Shown in pieces: positions 18,250 through 27,909 of a DNA stretch of 64,000 bases. The translations under genes were made by a program, and so were the position numbers. The notes below the pieces were generated by a model. That model saw only the letters and a program-made list of their open reading frames with translations, had not been told where the DNA came from and ran no database searches. Numbering within the stretch: position 1 is the stretch's first letter; every line of letters begins with the position of its first letter. This DNA comes from Planctomycetota bacterium (GTDB taxonomy: Bacteria; Planctomycetota; UBA1135; UBA2386), in NCBI GenBank assembly GCA_965223545.1, contig OZ245006.1:4352001-4416000 (forward strand). The letters run 5' to 3'.

Positions 18250-19736
18250 GCCGGCTCCCGGAGTGGCAGGCTAAGTACGAAGGCGATGCGCCGCTGTTCG
18301 GGATCTTGCTCGAGCCGTAGCGTGCCACCATGCGCCATTGCGATGCGCGCTGCCACGGTCAGCCCGATCCCGTGGCCGCCGGTGCCGCTGGCCCGCGCGC
18401 GGGATGCGCGGAAGAACGGATCGAACACCCGTGCGGCGTCGCGCGGAGAGATCGGCTCTCCCTGGTTGGCGACGACGACGGCGACCTGTCCGGCTTCCTG
18501 GCGCGTGTGGATTCGGATCGTCGCACCGTCGTCGCCGTACTTCACCGCGTTCTCGATCAGGTTGTGGAGGGCCGACACCAGAGCGGCGGCGTCGCCGATC
18601 ACGGTTCTCGGCGGGGCCTCGACCTGCGACTCGATGATGAACGACCGTTGCTCGCGCCAGGGCTCGCATTGCCGTGTCGCTTCGGCCAGGCATGCCGCGA
18701 GGTCGACCGGAGCGTAGTCGGCGCGGGCCGACTCGGGACCCGACAGACGGAGCGCGCGGTCGACGAGGGTGTTCAGCCGCGCGACGGCGCCTTCGATCAG
18801 CCTGCCGTACTCGCCGATGCGCGCTGACCCGGTGATGGCGCCACACGCCAGGTTGGACGCTGCCATCCGGGCCACTGCCAATGGCGTGCGCAGCTCGTGC
18901 GAGATCCCGGCGAGGAACTGCAGCTGGTTCTCCGCCAGGCGCCGGGCTCGGTGCTCGGCGATCCAGAACAACGCCAACCCGACGAGCAGCAGCAGGAGGA
19001 GGCTGCCCCACAGCAGCATGTTGCGCGTCCGCGCAGCTGCCCACGCGTCGTCCAACGACGTGCCCCGTCGGTGCACGGCAACCCGAAGGACGTCGCCGGC
19101 CGGCATCGGCGCTGACGAGCTGGCCCTGGGTGTGCCGACGAACAACGGCTGCCCTTCGCCGACCCAGGTCCCTCCGCCCAGGTCGCCGACCACGTGCAGC
19201 GGCAACAAAGCGATGTCGTGGGCTGCCGCCGGAGGCGGCGAGGGTGGGGAGTCTCGTGGATGAGAATCGAACCATGGCGCTGCGCCGTCTGCGAGCGAAG
19301 TGACGCGTACCCGGTACTCCGTTTCCCCACCGCTCCCCAGCACGACGCTCACTTCTGGACCGAGGTCCGCGCGGAGGCGGTCCGGATCGATCACCACCCT
19401 CCACCGCTGTTGGCCGACCGTGAACGACGGTGTGTCGAGCCGCGCCGCTGCACCATCGCGCCAGATCCCTCGCACCCACGGGATCGTCGTGACGTCGCAC
19501 TCGTCGCCGTTCTCCAGAACCGCGCGGGCGATCGTCGCGAGGACGGAGGTCATCTCTGCGCCCAAGCTGCGCGCGGCGAGCTCGAGCGTTCGACGTTCGT
19601 CGTCGCGCTGCGCGCGCGCCAGCTCATCGAGCCAATGCGTCTGCAACACCAACAGCCCGGCCGCGGCCGTCGGGAGCAGCGCGCCCAAGAGCCAAGTCCA
19701 CCACCTGCCGATCCACCGACGTCGCGGTGTGTGCAC
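18246..19736 (-). CDS. Membrane sensor histidine kinase
   Basis: Two TM segments, H-box ISHELRTPL, N-box NLIENAVKY, FDPFFR, GHGIGL; GTGA-coupled to the response regulator. Start uncertain. Confidence 0.92.
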   Translation of the reverse strand: MHTPRRRWIGRWWTWLLGALLPTAAAGLLVLQTHWLDELARAQRDDERRTLELAARSLGAEMTSVLATIARAVLENGDECDVTTIPWVRGIWRDGAAARLDTPSFTVGQQRWRVVIDPDRLRADLGPEVSVVLGSGGETEYRVRVTSLADGAAPWFDSHPRDSPPSPPPAAAHDIALLPLHVVGDLGGGTWVGEGQPLFVGTPRASSSAPMPAGDVLRVAVHRRGTSLDDAWAAARTRNMLLWGSLLLLLLVGLALFWIAEHRARRLAENQLQFLAGISHELRTPLAVARMAASNLACGAITGSARIGEYGRLIEGAVARLNTLVDRALRLSGPESARADYAPVDLAACLAEATRQCEPWREQRSFIIESQVEAPPRTVIGDAAALVSALHNLIENAVKYGDDGATIRIHTRQEAGQVAVVVANQGEPISPRDAARVFDPFFRASRARASGTGGHGIGLTVAARIAMAHGGTLRLEQDPEQRRIAFVLSLPLREPA

Positions 19737-19820
19737 AGCCCGAAAATAGCGCCGGCGCCGCCGCCAACTGGCTCGGTGGGAGACCTTACCGCGATTTAAC
19801 ACAACGACGCGACTGCTGAG

Positions 19821-19882
19821 AGTACGGAGCCAGGCTCCGAACCTTCACCTCGTGGTGACGAATAGGAGCCTGGCTCCGTACT
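19821..19882. repeat. REPIN-like inverted doublet (REP-like copies 3 and 4)
   Basis: AGTACGGAGCCAGGCTCC (19821-19838) and its exact reverse complement (19865-19882), with a 26-nt spacer. Each arm is itself a hairpin GGAGCC-N-GGCTCC. The right arm overlaps the TAG of the M17 peptidase. Confidence 0.88.
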
Positions 19883-21221
19883 ATCGCAGGGCGTGCCAGA
19901 GGGTGCGGAGGGGGGCGCCGGTGGCGCCGTAGCCGCAGCCGGGTGCTTCGGCCCAGTTCCATCCCGACGCGAAGATGTCGAAGTGGATCAGGGGTGTGTC
20001 GGTGAAATGGCGGAAGAAGTGCGCGGCGTTGCGCGAGCCTGCGGCGCGGGCGGCGTGGCCGCCGAGTCCGGCCGTGTTGCGCAGGTCGGCTTCCTTGTCG
20101 CGGTTGGCTTCGTAGTGCCAGACCCGCGGTTCGAAGAAGTGCAGGTCCTCGCCGGTCGCCGCCGAGGCGTCGCGCAGGCGTGCTTGCCACGCGGCGTCGG
20201 CGAAGTGCACCGGGGTGGCGTAGGGGCCGTAGGACACGAGCGCGGACGTCGTCAGGGTCGCGAAGCAGAGCACGGTGTGCGGTGCGTGCTGATCGACGGC
20301 GTAGGCCAGGCCGTCGGCCAGCACCAAGCGGCCTTCGGCGTCGGTGTGGTCGACGCGCACGGTCTTGCCGCGGTAGCTGGTCACGACCTCGCCAGGACGC
20401 ATCGACTGCGCGTCGACTGCGTTCTCGCAGGTCGGCAGCACGACGAGCAATGGCTCGGGGTGGTCGTTCTCCACCAGGCCCCGAAACAAGCTCCACGCCA
20501 GGGCCGCGCCTGCCATGTCGTTCTTCATCATCGAGACGAACGACTCGTAGGGCTTGATGTTGATGCCGCCGGTGTCGAAGGTGATGCCCTTGCCGAGCAG
20601 CATCAGCGGCGGTCGTTCGTCGGGCGTGTACTCGACGATGACGAGCCGCGGCGGAGATGCGGTCGCCGCGCGGCCCACGGCCAGCAGGAGATTGAGCCCG
20701 CGTTCGCGGAGAAGCGCCTCGTCCAGTACGCGCGCCGTGCAGTTCGGTCGGTTTGCCGCCCACGCCAGCACCTCGTCGGCAATCGCCACCGAAGTGCGCT
20801 CCGATGGGTCTTCGTTGACCCAGCTGCGGTAGAGGTCCTCGAGACCCCCGATCTGCTCGAGCTCCGCGCCCAGCGCGCGCGGCGTCGCCAGCTGCACGTG
20901 GCCGCGGGTGGCGTTGTGCAGATCCAGCGCGATGCTCAGCAAGGCGTCATCGTCGACGGTGTCGCTGGCGTGGAGCGCGACGCGGTCGAAGGCCAACAGG
21001 CCCGCGGTCTTGCGCCGCAGCTGGTCGGTGATCCAGCGCTGTTCGGCCAACGACACGGCCGGCAACGTCAGGTGGACGGCTGGCTCGCCCGTGGCGGTGT
21101 GCAGGGTCGCGCGGGCGCCCTCGATCGCGCGCAGTGGCTGGCCGGGACCCAGCTCTGCCGGCGCGGGCTCGACGCTGCCGGCGGCGCCGACGTGCAAGTG
21201 GAGGGAGAGCGTAGTGGGCAT
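19881..21221 (-). CDS. M17 family leucyl aminopeptidase
   Basis: LLAVGRA, GKGITFDTGG, MKNDMAGAA, CENAVD, HTDAEGRLVLADGL, ATLT, HFDI. Confidence 0.9.
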   Translation of the reverse strand: MPTTLSLHLHVGAAGSVEPAPAELGPGQPLRAIEGARATLHTATGEPAVHLTLPAVSLAEQRWITDQLRRKTAGLLAFDRVALHASDTVDDDALLSIALDLHNATRGHVQLATPRALGAELEQIGGLEDLYRSWVNEDPSERTSVAIADEVLAWAANRPNCTARVLDEALLRERGLNLLLAVGRAATASPPRLVIVEYTPDERPPLMLLGKGITFDTGGINIKPYESFVSMMKNDMAGAALAWSLFRGLVENDHPEPLLVVLPTCENAVDAQSMRPGEVVTSYRGKTVRVDHTDAEGRLVLADGLAYAVDQHAPHTVLCFATLTTSALVSYGPYATPVHFADAAWQARLRDASAATGEDLHFFEPRVWHYEANRDKEADLRNTAGLGGHAARAAGSRNAAHFFRHFTDTPLIHFDIFASGWNWAEAPGCGYGATGAPLRTLWHALR

Positions 21222-21248
21222 GGGCTGGTGCCGGCACGCGGACGCCGG

Positions 21249-23234
21249 CTACTCCTTCGGGATGCGCAGCAGGGTGTAGAACGCCTCTTTCGTGATCGGC
21301 TTCCGCCCAGTCGCCGACCGGACCGTGCCGAGGAACGTGATGTGGAAGACCTTGCCGGTCTCCCGCTCCCCGGTGTGCAGTTCGACGGTGCGCCGGTCGT
21401 CGCCGACGACGACGCGTTCGATCTCGATGGTGCGACTGTCGAACTCGTCGGAACCATACGTGCTCCAGTACCGATAGCCGTACTCGCGGACGCGCACCGC
21501 GGCGGGCGACAGCGGGACGTCGGCGGCGAGCGGCTCGGTGAAGTGCACGCTGAAGCCCTCCGCCGTCGCGCGCACCTCGTGCAGGTCGAACGGCGCGCCG
21601 CCGGTATAGCGCAGCCGCTGCAAACCGTGTGGCTGGCTGGCGACGCTGCCCCAGCCGCGGTTGGTGAAGCCGACGTAGAGCACGCCGTCGGAGTCGAACG
21701 CCAGTCGGTTGACGCCGCCGGCGAACCCCTGCCAAAACGGGTAGCAGGCGCCCTGGTAGACGCCGTCGACGACCTGCAGCGTGGTGCGCACCAGCAGCGA
21801 GTTGTTCTGGTCGCCGACGAAGATCTGACCGGAATACGGGCCGAAGGCACCCCCGGTGTCGTCGACGACCGGCTCCGACACGGAGCGGACCAGATGGTAG
21901 GGGTACCACACCGCCGGCAGCGTGCGCTCGGTCTCCCAGCCGAAGTCCGTCATCTTCTCGGCCCACTGCACCGGGACGACGTGGCCGTAGAACTTGTTGG
22001 GCTGCAAGTGCGCCAGCCGGCACACGTCCATCCACTCGCCCTGATTGTCGGTGTAGAACACGTCGCCCGCGTACGTCATCACCCCGTTGGGCGAGCGCAG
22101 GCCGTAGGACGTGATGTGGAACCCGCCGTCCGCCGTCCATCGATACGCCGAGCCCCGGTACAAGCGGTCGTCGCCATCGCCGGACGGAAAGCCGATGTTG
22201 AGCGTGCCCCACAGATCGCCGTTGCCGTCGCGCACCGGTCCGAAGTGGTACTCGTGGTAGTTGCCGGACATCCCCCACGGCGCCGTCAATGTCGAATACT
22301 CATCGGCCCGCCCGTCGCCGTCGGTGTCGCGCAGGCGCGTGAGCTCGGGCTTCTGCGCCACCAGCAGGCTGCCGTCCTCGTCGAACAGCATGCCCAGCGG
22401 CTCGTGCAGGCCCTCGGCGAACGTCGTGATGCGCAGCGCCTCGGCGGTCTCCGCGCCCGGGTTGTGGATCTCGTAGATCTGACCGCGCCGGCAGCACACC
22501 AGCAGGCTGCCGCGTTCGGTGAAGAGCAGGCCGCCGACCTCGAGCCGGAGCGCATCGGGCACTGGCACGTCTTCCAGTGAGTAGGCCGTCTGGTCGTCGT
22601 CCGGCGTGCCGGCGCCCCAGCGGTTGCCGGCATCGAGCTGATCGGAGATCTCGAAGGCGAAGCCCATTGCGCCGCGTCGGTTGACGACCTTGAACAGCAC
22701 CAGGTTGTCGCCCTTCTTCAGCTTGGCGGTGACGCGGTGTTGCCCGACGCTGACCGCTTGGTCGGCGGCGACCCGCAGCAGCTCTTCGCCGTTGACCCAC
22801 AGCGCGGCGGAGTCGTCGAAACCGACTGCCAACACCGCTTCGTGGTCGGCCGTCGCGGTGATGGTGCGCGCGAGGTAGACCGTGTCCCAATTGCCGGCGC
22901 CGGTCCAGCCCAGCAGATTGACCTTGCCGTCCGGCATCGGCTCGTCTTCCGGCGCACTGCGCCACCCGGCACCATCCTCGTCACCGGCAGCACCGCCGGT
23001 CGGCTGCAATGCGTCGAGACTGCGCGCGCCTTCGGCGACGAAGGCGTGGGCCAGGCCGGTCAGGACCTCGCCGTCGCCACCGCCGGCAAACGGGCCCCGC
23101 ACCAACCAGGGCGACAGGCGGTTGGCGGCGAGGATCTCGAAGATCTCGGGGTCTTGGCCGCGCGGTGCGCCGGCGACCGTCGCCGCCAGCGCGGCGGTGA
23201 GTGCGACTCGAAGGGAGCGATGGGGATGATGCAT
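21249..23234 (-). CDS. Secreted beta-propeller protein (sorbosone dehydrogenase-like, planctomycete type) with N-terminal beta-sandwich domain
   Basis: Signal peptide; FAEGLHEPLG, TRLRDTDGDGRADEY, GNYHEYHFGP, GLRSPNG, YTDNQGEW, GPYSGQIFVGD; TGATG overlap with the cytochrome gene. Confidence 0.78.
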   Translation of the reverse strand: MHHPHRSLRVALTAALAATVAGAPRGQDPEIFEILAANRLSPWLVRGPFAGGGDGEVLTGLAHAFVAEGARSLDALQPTGGAAGDEDGAGWRSAPEDEPMPDGKVNLLGWTGAGNWDTVYLARTITATADHEAVLAVGFDDSAALWVNGEELLRVAADQAVSVGQHRVTAKLKKGDNLVLFKVVNRRGAMGFAFEISDQLDAGNRWGAGTPDDDQTAYSLEDVPVPDALRLEVGGLLFTERGSLLVCCRRGQIYEIHNPGAETAEALRITTFAEGLHEPLGMLFDEDGSLLVAQKPELTRLRDTDGDGRADEYSTLTAPWGMSGNYHEYHFGPVRDGNGDLWGTLNIGFPSGDGDDRLYRGSAYRWTADGGFHITSYGLRSPNGVMTYAGDVFYTDNQGEWMDVCRLAHLQPNKFYGHVVPVQWAEKMTDFGWETERTLPAVWYPYHLVRSVSEPVVDDTGGAFGPYSGQIFVGDQNNSLLVRTTLQVVDGVYQGACYPFWQGFAGGVNRLAFDSDGVLYVGFTNRGWGSVASQPHGLQRLRYTGGAPFDLHEVRATAEGFSVHFTEPLAADVPLSPAAVRVREYGYRYWSTYGSDEFDSRTIEIERVVVGDDRRTVELHTGERETGKVFHITFLGTVRSATGRKPITKEAFYTLLRIPKE

Positions 23235-25441
23235 CAGGGGCGCCAGTCGAGACAGTGCTGCAAAGCGTCCGCACTGCCCGCCGTGGGAAACCACAGCACC
23301 GCGGCAGCAGTGCCGCGCGCGTCCACCGGCAGGGTGACGGTTGGCTCGGTGGTCAGGGTGGCGGCGCTGGCGTAGCCAAGGGTGTCGTCGCTCGCCCCCC
23401 GAAGGCGCACCAGGACACGCTCGGCGGAACGATGCACCTGCGCTCCTGGATGCGCATCGGCGAGGGCCACGGCCAGCGGCTGCGGCCCCGACCAGCTCAC
23501 CTGCAAGTGGAGGCCGTTGGCACTCGCGCACTGCACGGCATCGACCCGCAGGCTGAGCTCGCCGCCGTCGACGCCGAAGCGCAGCACGGCGTGGTCGTCG
23601 GCGAGCCGATAGCCGGCGAACCGCGCGTCGAGCACCGCGCCATCGCGCCGCAGCATTCCGTCCGCAGCGCCGCGCAGCAGGATCTCCCCGACCAGGGCGG
23701 CGGGGCCGTTGCCGCGGCCGGTCCACTTGGCTCGCATGTCGAGGAAGCCGCCTTCCCACGCATAGCCCAGCCGCGGCGTGGCGACGTCGATCGCCACCGA
23801 CAGGCCGGCCGGGAAGCCGAGCGCCAGCGATCGCGGCGGCAGATCCGGCAGGATCGTGCGCCACAGGAGCAGGCGATCGGCGGGCTCGAGGACGACGTCC
23901 GCCGGTGGTGCGAGGCCCAGCGGCGGCCGCATGCGGTCCCCCTGCGAGAGGTAGGCGACCAGCGCGTTCAGCTGCGCGTCGACGTTGCCGTCGAGCACGT
24001 GTGGCGCCGCGCTGCGACCACCGGCGAAGTAGCTCGGCATGCGCGTGCCGGGTTGCACCTCCATCGGACTCGTCAGCCACTGCCGCAGCCACTCCGGTTG
24101 CAGTCGACGATGCACCAGGGTGAGGTCGGGGGCTCGCGTCCCGTTCGCCGGGCGGCCGGCGAAGTCGTGGCAGATGATGCAGGCGAACCCACCGGTGCCG
24201 ACCAGCGTGCGGCCGTGCTCGAGGTCCTCGACCCGGTCGTCGCGCGCGGATGGCGGCGGCGCCCCTGGCACCAGCAGTTCCGCCAGGTCGCGCGTCAACT
24301 CCGGGCTGTAGTGCGGCATGCGCAGCGCCATGTAGGGGCGCGCGCGGGCGCGGTCGGTGAGCACGGCGTCGACCCATCCGAGTCGTAGCCGCTGGTCGAT
24401 CGCGGTCAATGCCGGTGGGTCGATGTGATCGCGGGCGTCGGCGTCGACCGCTGCGTGGTACTCCCCCAACACGCCGGCGGGCATCCCGCCGATGTCGTCC
24501 TTGGCATGGCACGACAGGCAGCGGAGCTGGGTCATGCGCCGCTCCAGCACGGCGGCGCGGGCCTCGCGCGCGAGGGGCGCCGCCAAGAAGGTCGAGAGCG
24601 CGGTCCGGTCGCCGGCCGACAGCCGATAGCGCGGCAGGCCGGGAGCCGGCGATTCGTCGAGGCAGCCACCGCTGCGCCCGGCGAGCTCACCGAGCGGGGG
24701 CGGCGGAGCCGGAGTCGGGCCGGGACCCTCCCCGTCGTCATCGGCCTCGGCCGCCGGCAGCTCGTGGCACGCGGCGCAGCGGTAGCTGCGCGCCAGCTGG
24801 CGCCCGCGCTCGGCGTCCCCGTTGGCCTCCGCCGGCGCCCGCGGCTCGGTGCACAGCATCGCGGCGAGCGCTTCGGCGTCGGAGCGCGACAGCGCCATGT
24901 CCGGCATCAGTCCGCGTGGATGCACCGCCAGCGGATTGGTCAGATAGTCGGCCAGCGCGTGCGGGGACGTCTTGGCCGCCAGGTCACCGAGGAGGTGACG
25001 ATCGTCGGTTGCGTCTCCGGGCCGGCGGTGGCAGGCGATGCAACCGCGCGTGGCGAACAGCGCGGTGCCGGAATCGTTGTGCGACGGCACGCGCCGGTAC
25101 TCGAACGCGCCGCCGAGGGTGGCCAAGTAGGCGGCGAGATCGCGCGCCTCGGTCTCGCCGGCATCGCCGGCCGGCAACAGCGCGGGCATGCGCGCTTGCG
25201 CGTGCACGCCCTCGGGGTCGCGCAACCACTGCTCGGTCCAGCCCGGGTGCAGGCGGGTGCCGGCGCGGCGCAGGTCGGGGCCGCGCGGGCTCTGCAGCGT
25301 CAGCGGGCCCTCGTACCCCTCGCTGTGGCAGTGCGCGCAACCGTGATTGATGAACAAGGTGCGGCCGCGCACCAGATCGTCCTGCGCCGGCAGCCCCGCC
25401 GCCGCGGCGGCGAGCGCGGCGATGCGTCCGAGGCGCCGCAT
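23234..25441 (-). CDS. Multiheme (five CxxCH) c-type cytochrome
   Basis: CAHCH, CIACH, CAACH, CLSCH, CIICH; repeated (G/A)PDL...RL.P.W...WL..P......RMP units; signal peptide; TGATG overlaps on both sides. Confidence 0.88.
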   Translation of the reverse strand: MRRLGRIAALAAAAAGLPAQDDLVRGRTLFINHGCAHCHSEGYEGPLTLQSPRGPDLRRAGTRLHPGWTEQWLRDPEGVHAQARMPALLPAGDAGETEARDLAAYLATLGGAFEYRRVPSHNDSGTALFATRGCIACHRRPGDATDDRHLLGDLAAKTSPHALADYLTNPLAVHPRGLMPDMALSRSDAEALAAMLCTEPRAPAEANGDAERGRQLARSYRCAACHELPAAEADDDGEGPGPTPAPPPPLGELAGRSGGCLDESPAPGLPRYRLSAGDRTALSTFLAAPLAREARAAVLERRMTQLRCLSCHAKDDIGGMPAGVLGEYHAAVDADARDHIDPPALTAIDQRLRLGWVDAVLTDRARARPYMALRMPHYSPELTRDLAELLVPGAPPPSARDDRVEDLEHGRTLVGTGGFACIICHDFAGRPANGTRAPDLTLVHRRLQPEWLRQWLTSPMEVQPGTRMPSYFAGGRSAAPHVLDGNVDAQLNALVAYLSQGDRMRPPLGLAPPADVVLEPADRLLLWRTILPDLPPRSLALGFPAGLSVAIDVATPRLGYAWEGGFLDMRAKWTGRGNGPAALVGEILLRGAADGMLRRDGAVLDARFAGYRLADDHAVLRFGVDGGELSLRVDAVQCASANGLHLQVSWSGPQPLAVALADAHPGAQVHRSAERVLVRLRGASDDTLGYASAATLTTEPTVTLPVDARGTAAAVLWFPTAGSADALQHCLDWRP

Positions 25442-26568
25442 CAGGCCGACTCGGCAGCCTGGGCGGCCACTTCGGTGCGGGTCGGCCGGAAGCGGATCGC
25501 GTGGCTGAACACGTAGCTCAGCACCGGGATGCCGAGGATCAGGCCCCACGGTCCGAACAGTTTGCCGCACACGGTCAGGATGATCAGCGTCAGTACCGGG
25601 TTCATGCGCAGGTGGTGGCCGTAGATGCGCGGGTTCAAGAAGTAGGCCTCGACGAAGTGCACGGCGAGGATCATGGCGATCGCCAACAGCGCCAGCGGGA
25701 AGCCGCCGTCGTTGAGCGCGACGACGCAGATCGGCGTCGAGCTGACGAAGACGCCCGCCACCGGGATGAAGCTGCAGAAGAACACCACGGTCGACAAGAA
25801 CACGAGATTGCCCTCGCCGATGCCGATCGCCCACATGCCGATCGCGGTGAGGATGGTGTTGCAGATCGCGATGAACAGCTGCGCCTCCATCGCCCGCCCC
25901 AGGACCTTGCAGAAGTTGTAGATGTTGCCGGCCACCTCGGCGTAGATGAAGCCGATCTTGGTGTTGGCCAGGCCGCGCACGCCGCGCGACAGCTTGGGCA
26001 GGTCGAGCACGATCAAGAACGAGAACAGCAGTGACAACAGGAACGCCGAGCCGACGCCCGTCAGCCAGTAGGCGGCGTTGCCCATCACCTTCAGCGTTTG
26101 GTCGACGTTCTCCTCGCCCACTTCGGTGTCGCCCAGACCGATCAGCAGCTCGATCTGTTTCTGCAGGCTGAACTCCTCGCCGAGGTCGTGCCCGAACCGT
26201 TCCAGGGCGAACTTCTTGATGTCCTCGTTGGCGTCTGCCACCCAGGTGCCGAAGTTGTTGCCCACCGCGGTGACCTGGTCGCGGATGTGCGGCGCCAGGA
26301 AGATTCCGACCGCCACCAGCGTGCCGAAGAACACCAAGAACACCAGCACCGCGCGCAGCCAGCGGGGCTTGATCCGGTGCGCCAAGCCGTCGACGCCGTG
26401 CGACTGGATGTAGGCGAAGACGAAGGTCAGAAAGACCAGCAGGAAGAACGGCCGCAGCAGGTAGATCAGGCTCGCCAGCAGGCCCCAGACGAAGATCCGC
26501 GAGCCCAGGCTGAAGATGCGATCCCAGGGCGGGGGGAGCGGATTCTGCATCGGCGGAGTCTCGACCAT
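25441..26568 (-). CDS. AI-2E family transporter (UPF0118/PerM)
   Basis: Polytopic membrane protein; SFIPVAG, HFVEAYFLNPRIYG, MNPVLTL, FGPWGLILGIP. Confidence 0.9.
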   Translation of the reverse strand: MVETPPMQNPLPPPWDRIFSLGSRIFVWGLLASLIYLLRPFFLLVFLTFVFAYIQSHGVDGLAHRIKPRWLRAVLVFLVFFGTLVAVGIFLAPHIRDQVTAVGNNFGTWVADANEDIKKFALERFGHDLGEEFSLQKQIELLIGLGDTEVGEENVDQTLKVMGNAAYWLTGVGSAFLLSLLFSFLIVLDLPKLSRGVRGLANTKIGFIYAEVAGNIYNFCKVLGRAMEAQLFIAICNTILTAIGMWAIGIGEGNLVFLSTVVFFCSFIPVAGVFVSSTPICVVALNDGGFPLALLAIAMILAVHFVEAYFLNPRIYGHHLRMNPVLTLIILTVCGKLFGPWGLILGIPVLSYVFSHAIRFRPTRTEVAAQAAESA

Positions 26569-26645
26569 GGCCCGGCCTGTTCTAGCGGATTGGCCGAGCC
26601 GGCACAGCACTCGCCCGCGGTTCTCCGCCCGGCCGCGGCGCGATC

Positions 26646-27800
26646 TCAGCAGCAGCCGTCGGGCGCGCAGGCAGAGGCCTGGTCGGCGGTGCGGTCGTAG
26701 TCCGCGCCCTTGCTGGCGCGTGGGTGGCGGCGCTGGCCGCTGTCACACGCAAACGGCTGCGCTTCGTCCAGTGGGATCGGCGTGTGCGGTGACACCGGCG
26801 CGAACATCCCCTCGTACGGCGCGCGCTGCAGCAGGTGGAAGGTCTTGTCGCACACCGCCATGCGTTCGCCGCGGTGGAACACGTGGCCGTCGTCGTCGAA
26901 GACGCGAGAGAACGGTCCCCGGTAGATCAACGCCTGATTGCGCTCGAGACAGGGGCCGGCCTTTCCCTTGAACGCCTGCACCGTCACCGTGCGGAACTCG
27001 ATGCCCTCCACCGTGTGCCAGGGCTCGGCGCCGCGGTCGACGATCTCCATGCCGTGGAAGCCGGCGCGGGCGAATGCGGCGAGGAAGGCGTCCTCGCGGA
27101 ACGCGCCCGAGATGCACCCCGACCACAGCTTGGGATCGCGCTGCAGGTGCTCGGGCACGTCTTCGTCGCAGACGATGTCGGCGACCGCGACCCGGCCGCC
27201 GGTGCGCAGCACCCGGTACATCTCGTCGAACATCTTCTGCTTGTCGCGCGGGCGCACCAGGTTGAGCACGCAGTTCGACAGGATCACGTCGATCGAATCG
27301 TCGGCGACCAACGGTTGCTCGGCGCGCAGCCGCTCCTCCAGGTCGCGCAGCTCGAGCCAGCGGTCGGCGCCGTCGATCGGCCGGGCGGCGATCTCGCGAT
27401 CGAGCCGGTCGAGGTCCAGCGCCAGATCCTGGATTATGCCGCGGCGGAACTCCACGGTGTCGTGGCCGACGCGCTCGGCGATCTCCGCGTGGTGCTTCGC
27501 CGCCAGGGCCAGCATCTCGCGGTTCATGTCGACGCCGATCACCCGGCCGGTCGGGCCGGCGATCTGGGCGGCGATCCAGCACGCCTTGCCGGCGCCGGAG
27601 CCGAGGTCGAGCACGACGTCACCGGTGCGGACATAGGGCGTCGGATCGCCGCAGCCGTAGTCGCGCTCGATGATCTCGTCGGGCAGCACCCGCAGGTAGC
27701 GCGGATCGTAGGACACCGGGCAGCACAGCTCCTGTTCGCAGGAGCCGGCGCCCTGGGAGTAGCGGTCGCGGACCGCCGCCTCGGGGGTGGTCGTCGTCAT
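26646..27800 (-). CDS. ArsM-like SAM-dependent arsenite methyltransferase
   Basis: LCCP, YGCGDP, VLDLGSGAG, VIGVDM, DVILSNCVLNL, WSGCISGA (the ArsM conserved Cys positions); C-terminal GCC. Confidence 0.82.
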   Translation of the reverse strand: MTTTTPEAAVRDRYSQGAGSCEQELCCPVSYDPRYLRVLPDEIIERDYGCGDPTPYVRTGDVVLDLGSGAGKACWIAAQIAGPTGRVIGVDMNREMLALAAKHHAEIAERVGHDTVEFRRGIIQDLALDLDRLDREIAARPIDGADRWLELRDLEERLRAEQPLVADDSIDVILSNCVLNLVRPRDKQKMFDEMYRVLRTGGRVAVADIVCDEDVPEHLQRDPKLWSGCISGAFREDAFLAAFARAGFHGMEIVDRGAEPWHTVEGIEFRTVTVQAFKGKAGPCLERNQALIYRGPFSRVFDDDGHVFHRGERMAVCDKTFHLLQRAPYEGMFAPVSPHTPIPLDEAQPFACDSGQRRHPRASKGADYDRTADQASACAPDGCC

Positions 27801-27909
27801 GGCGGATTCGTAGGCGCGGCGTGGCCGGGGCGCGGTGCGCCGCCGGCTGGCCGCAGGCTTGCATGCTACGGTGCGCGAGGCGCGGCGTAGCGCGAATCCG
27901 CCCTCGACC

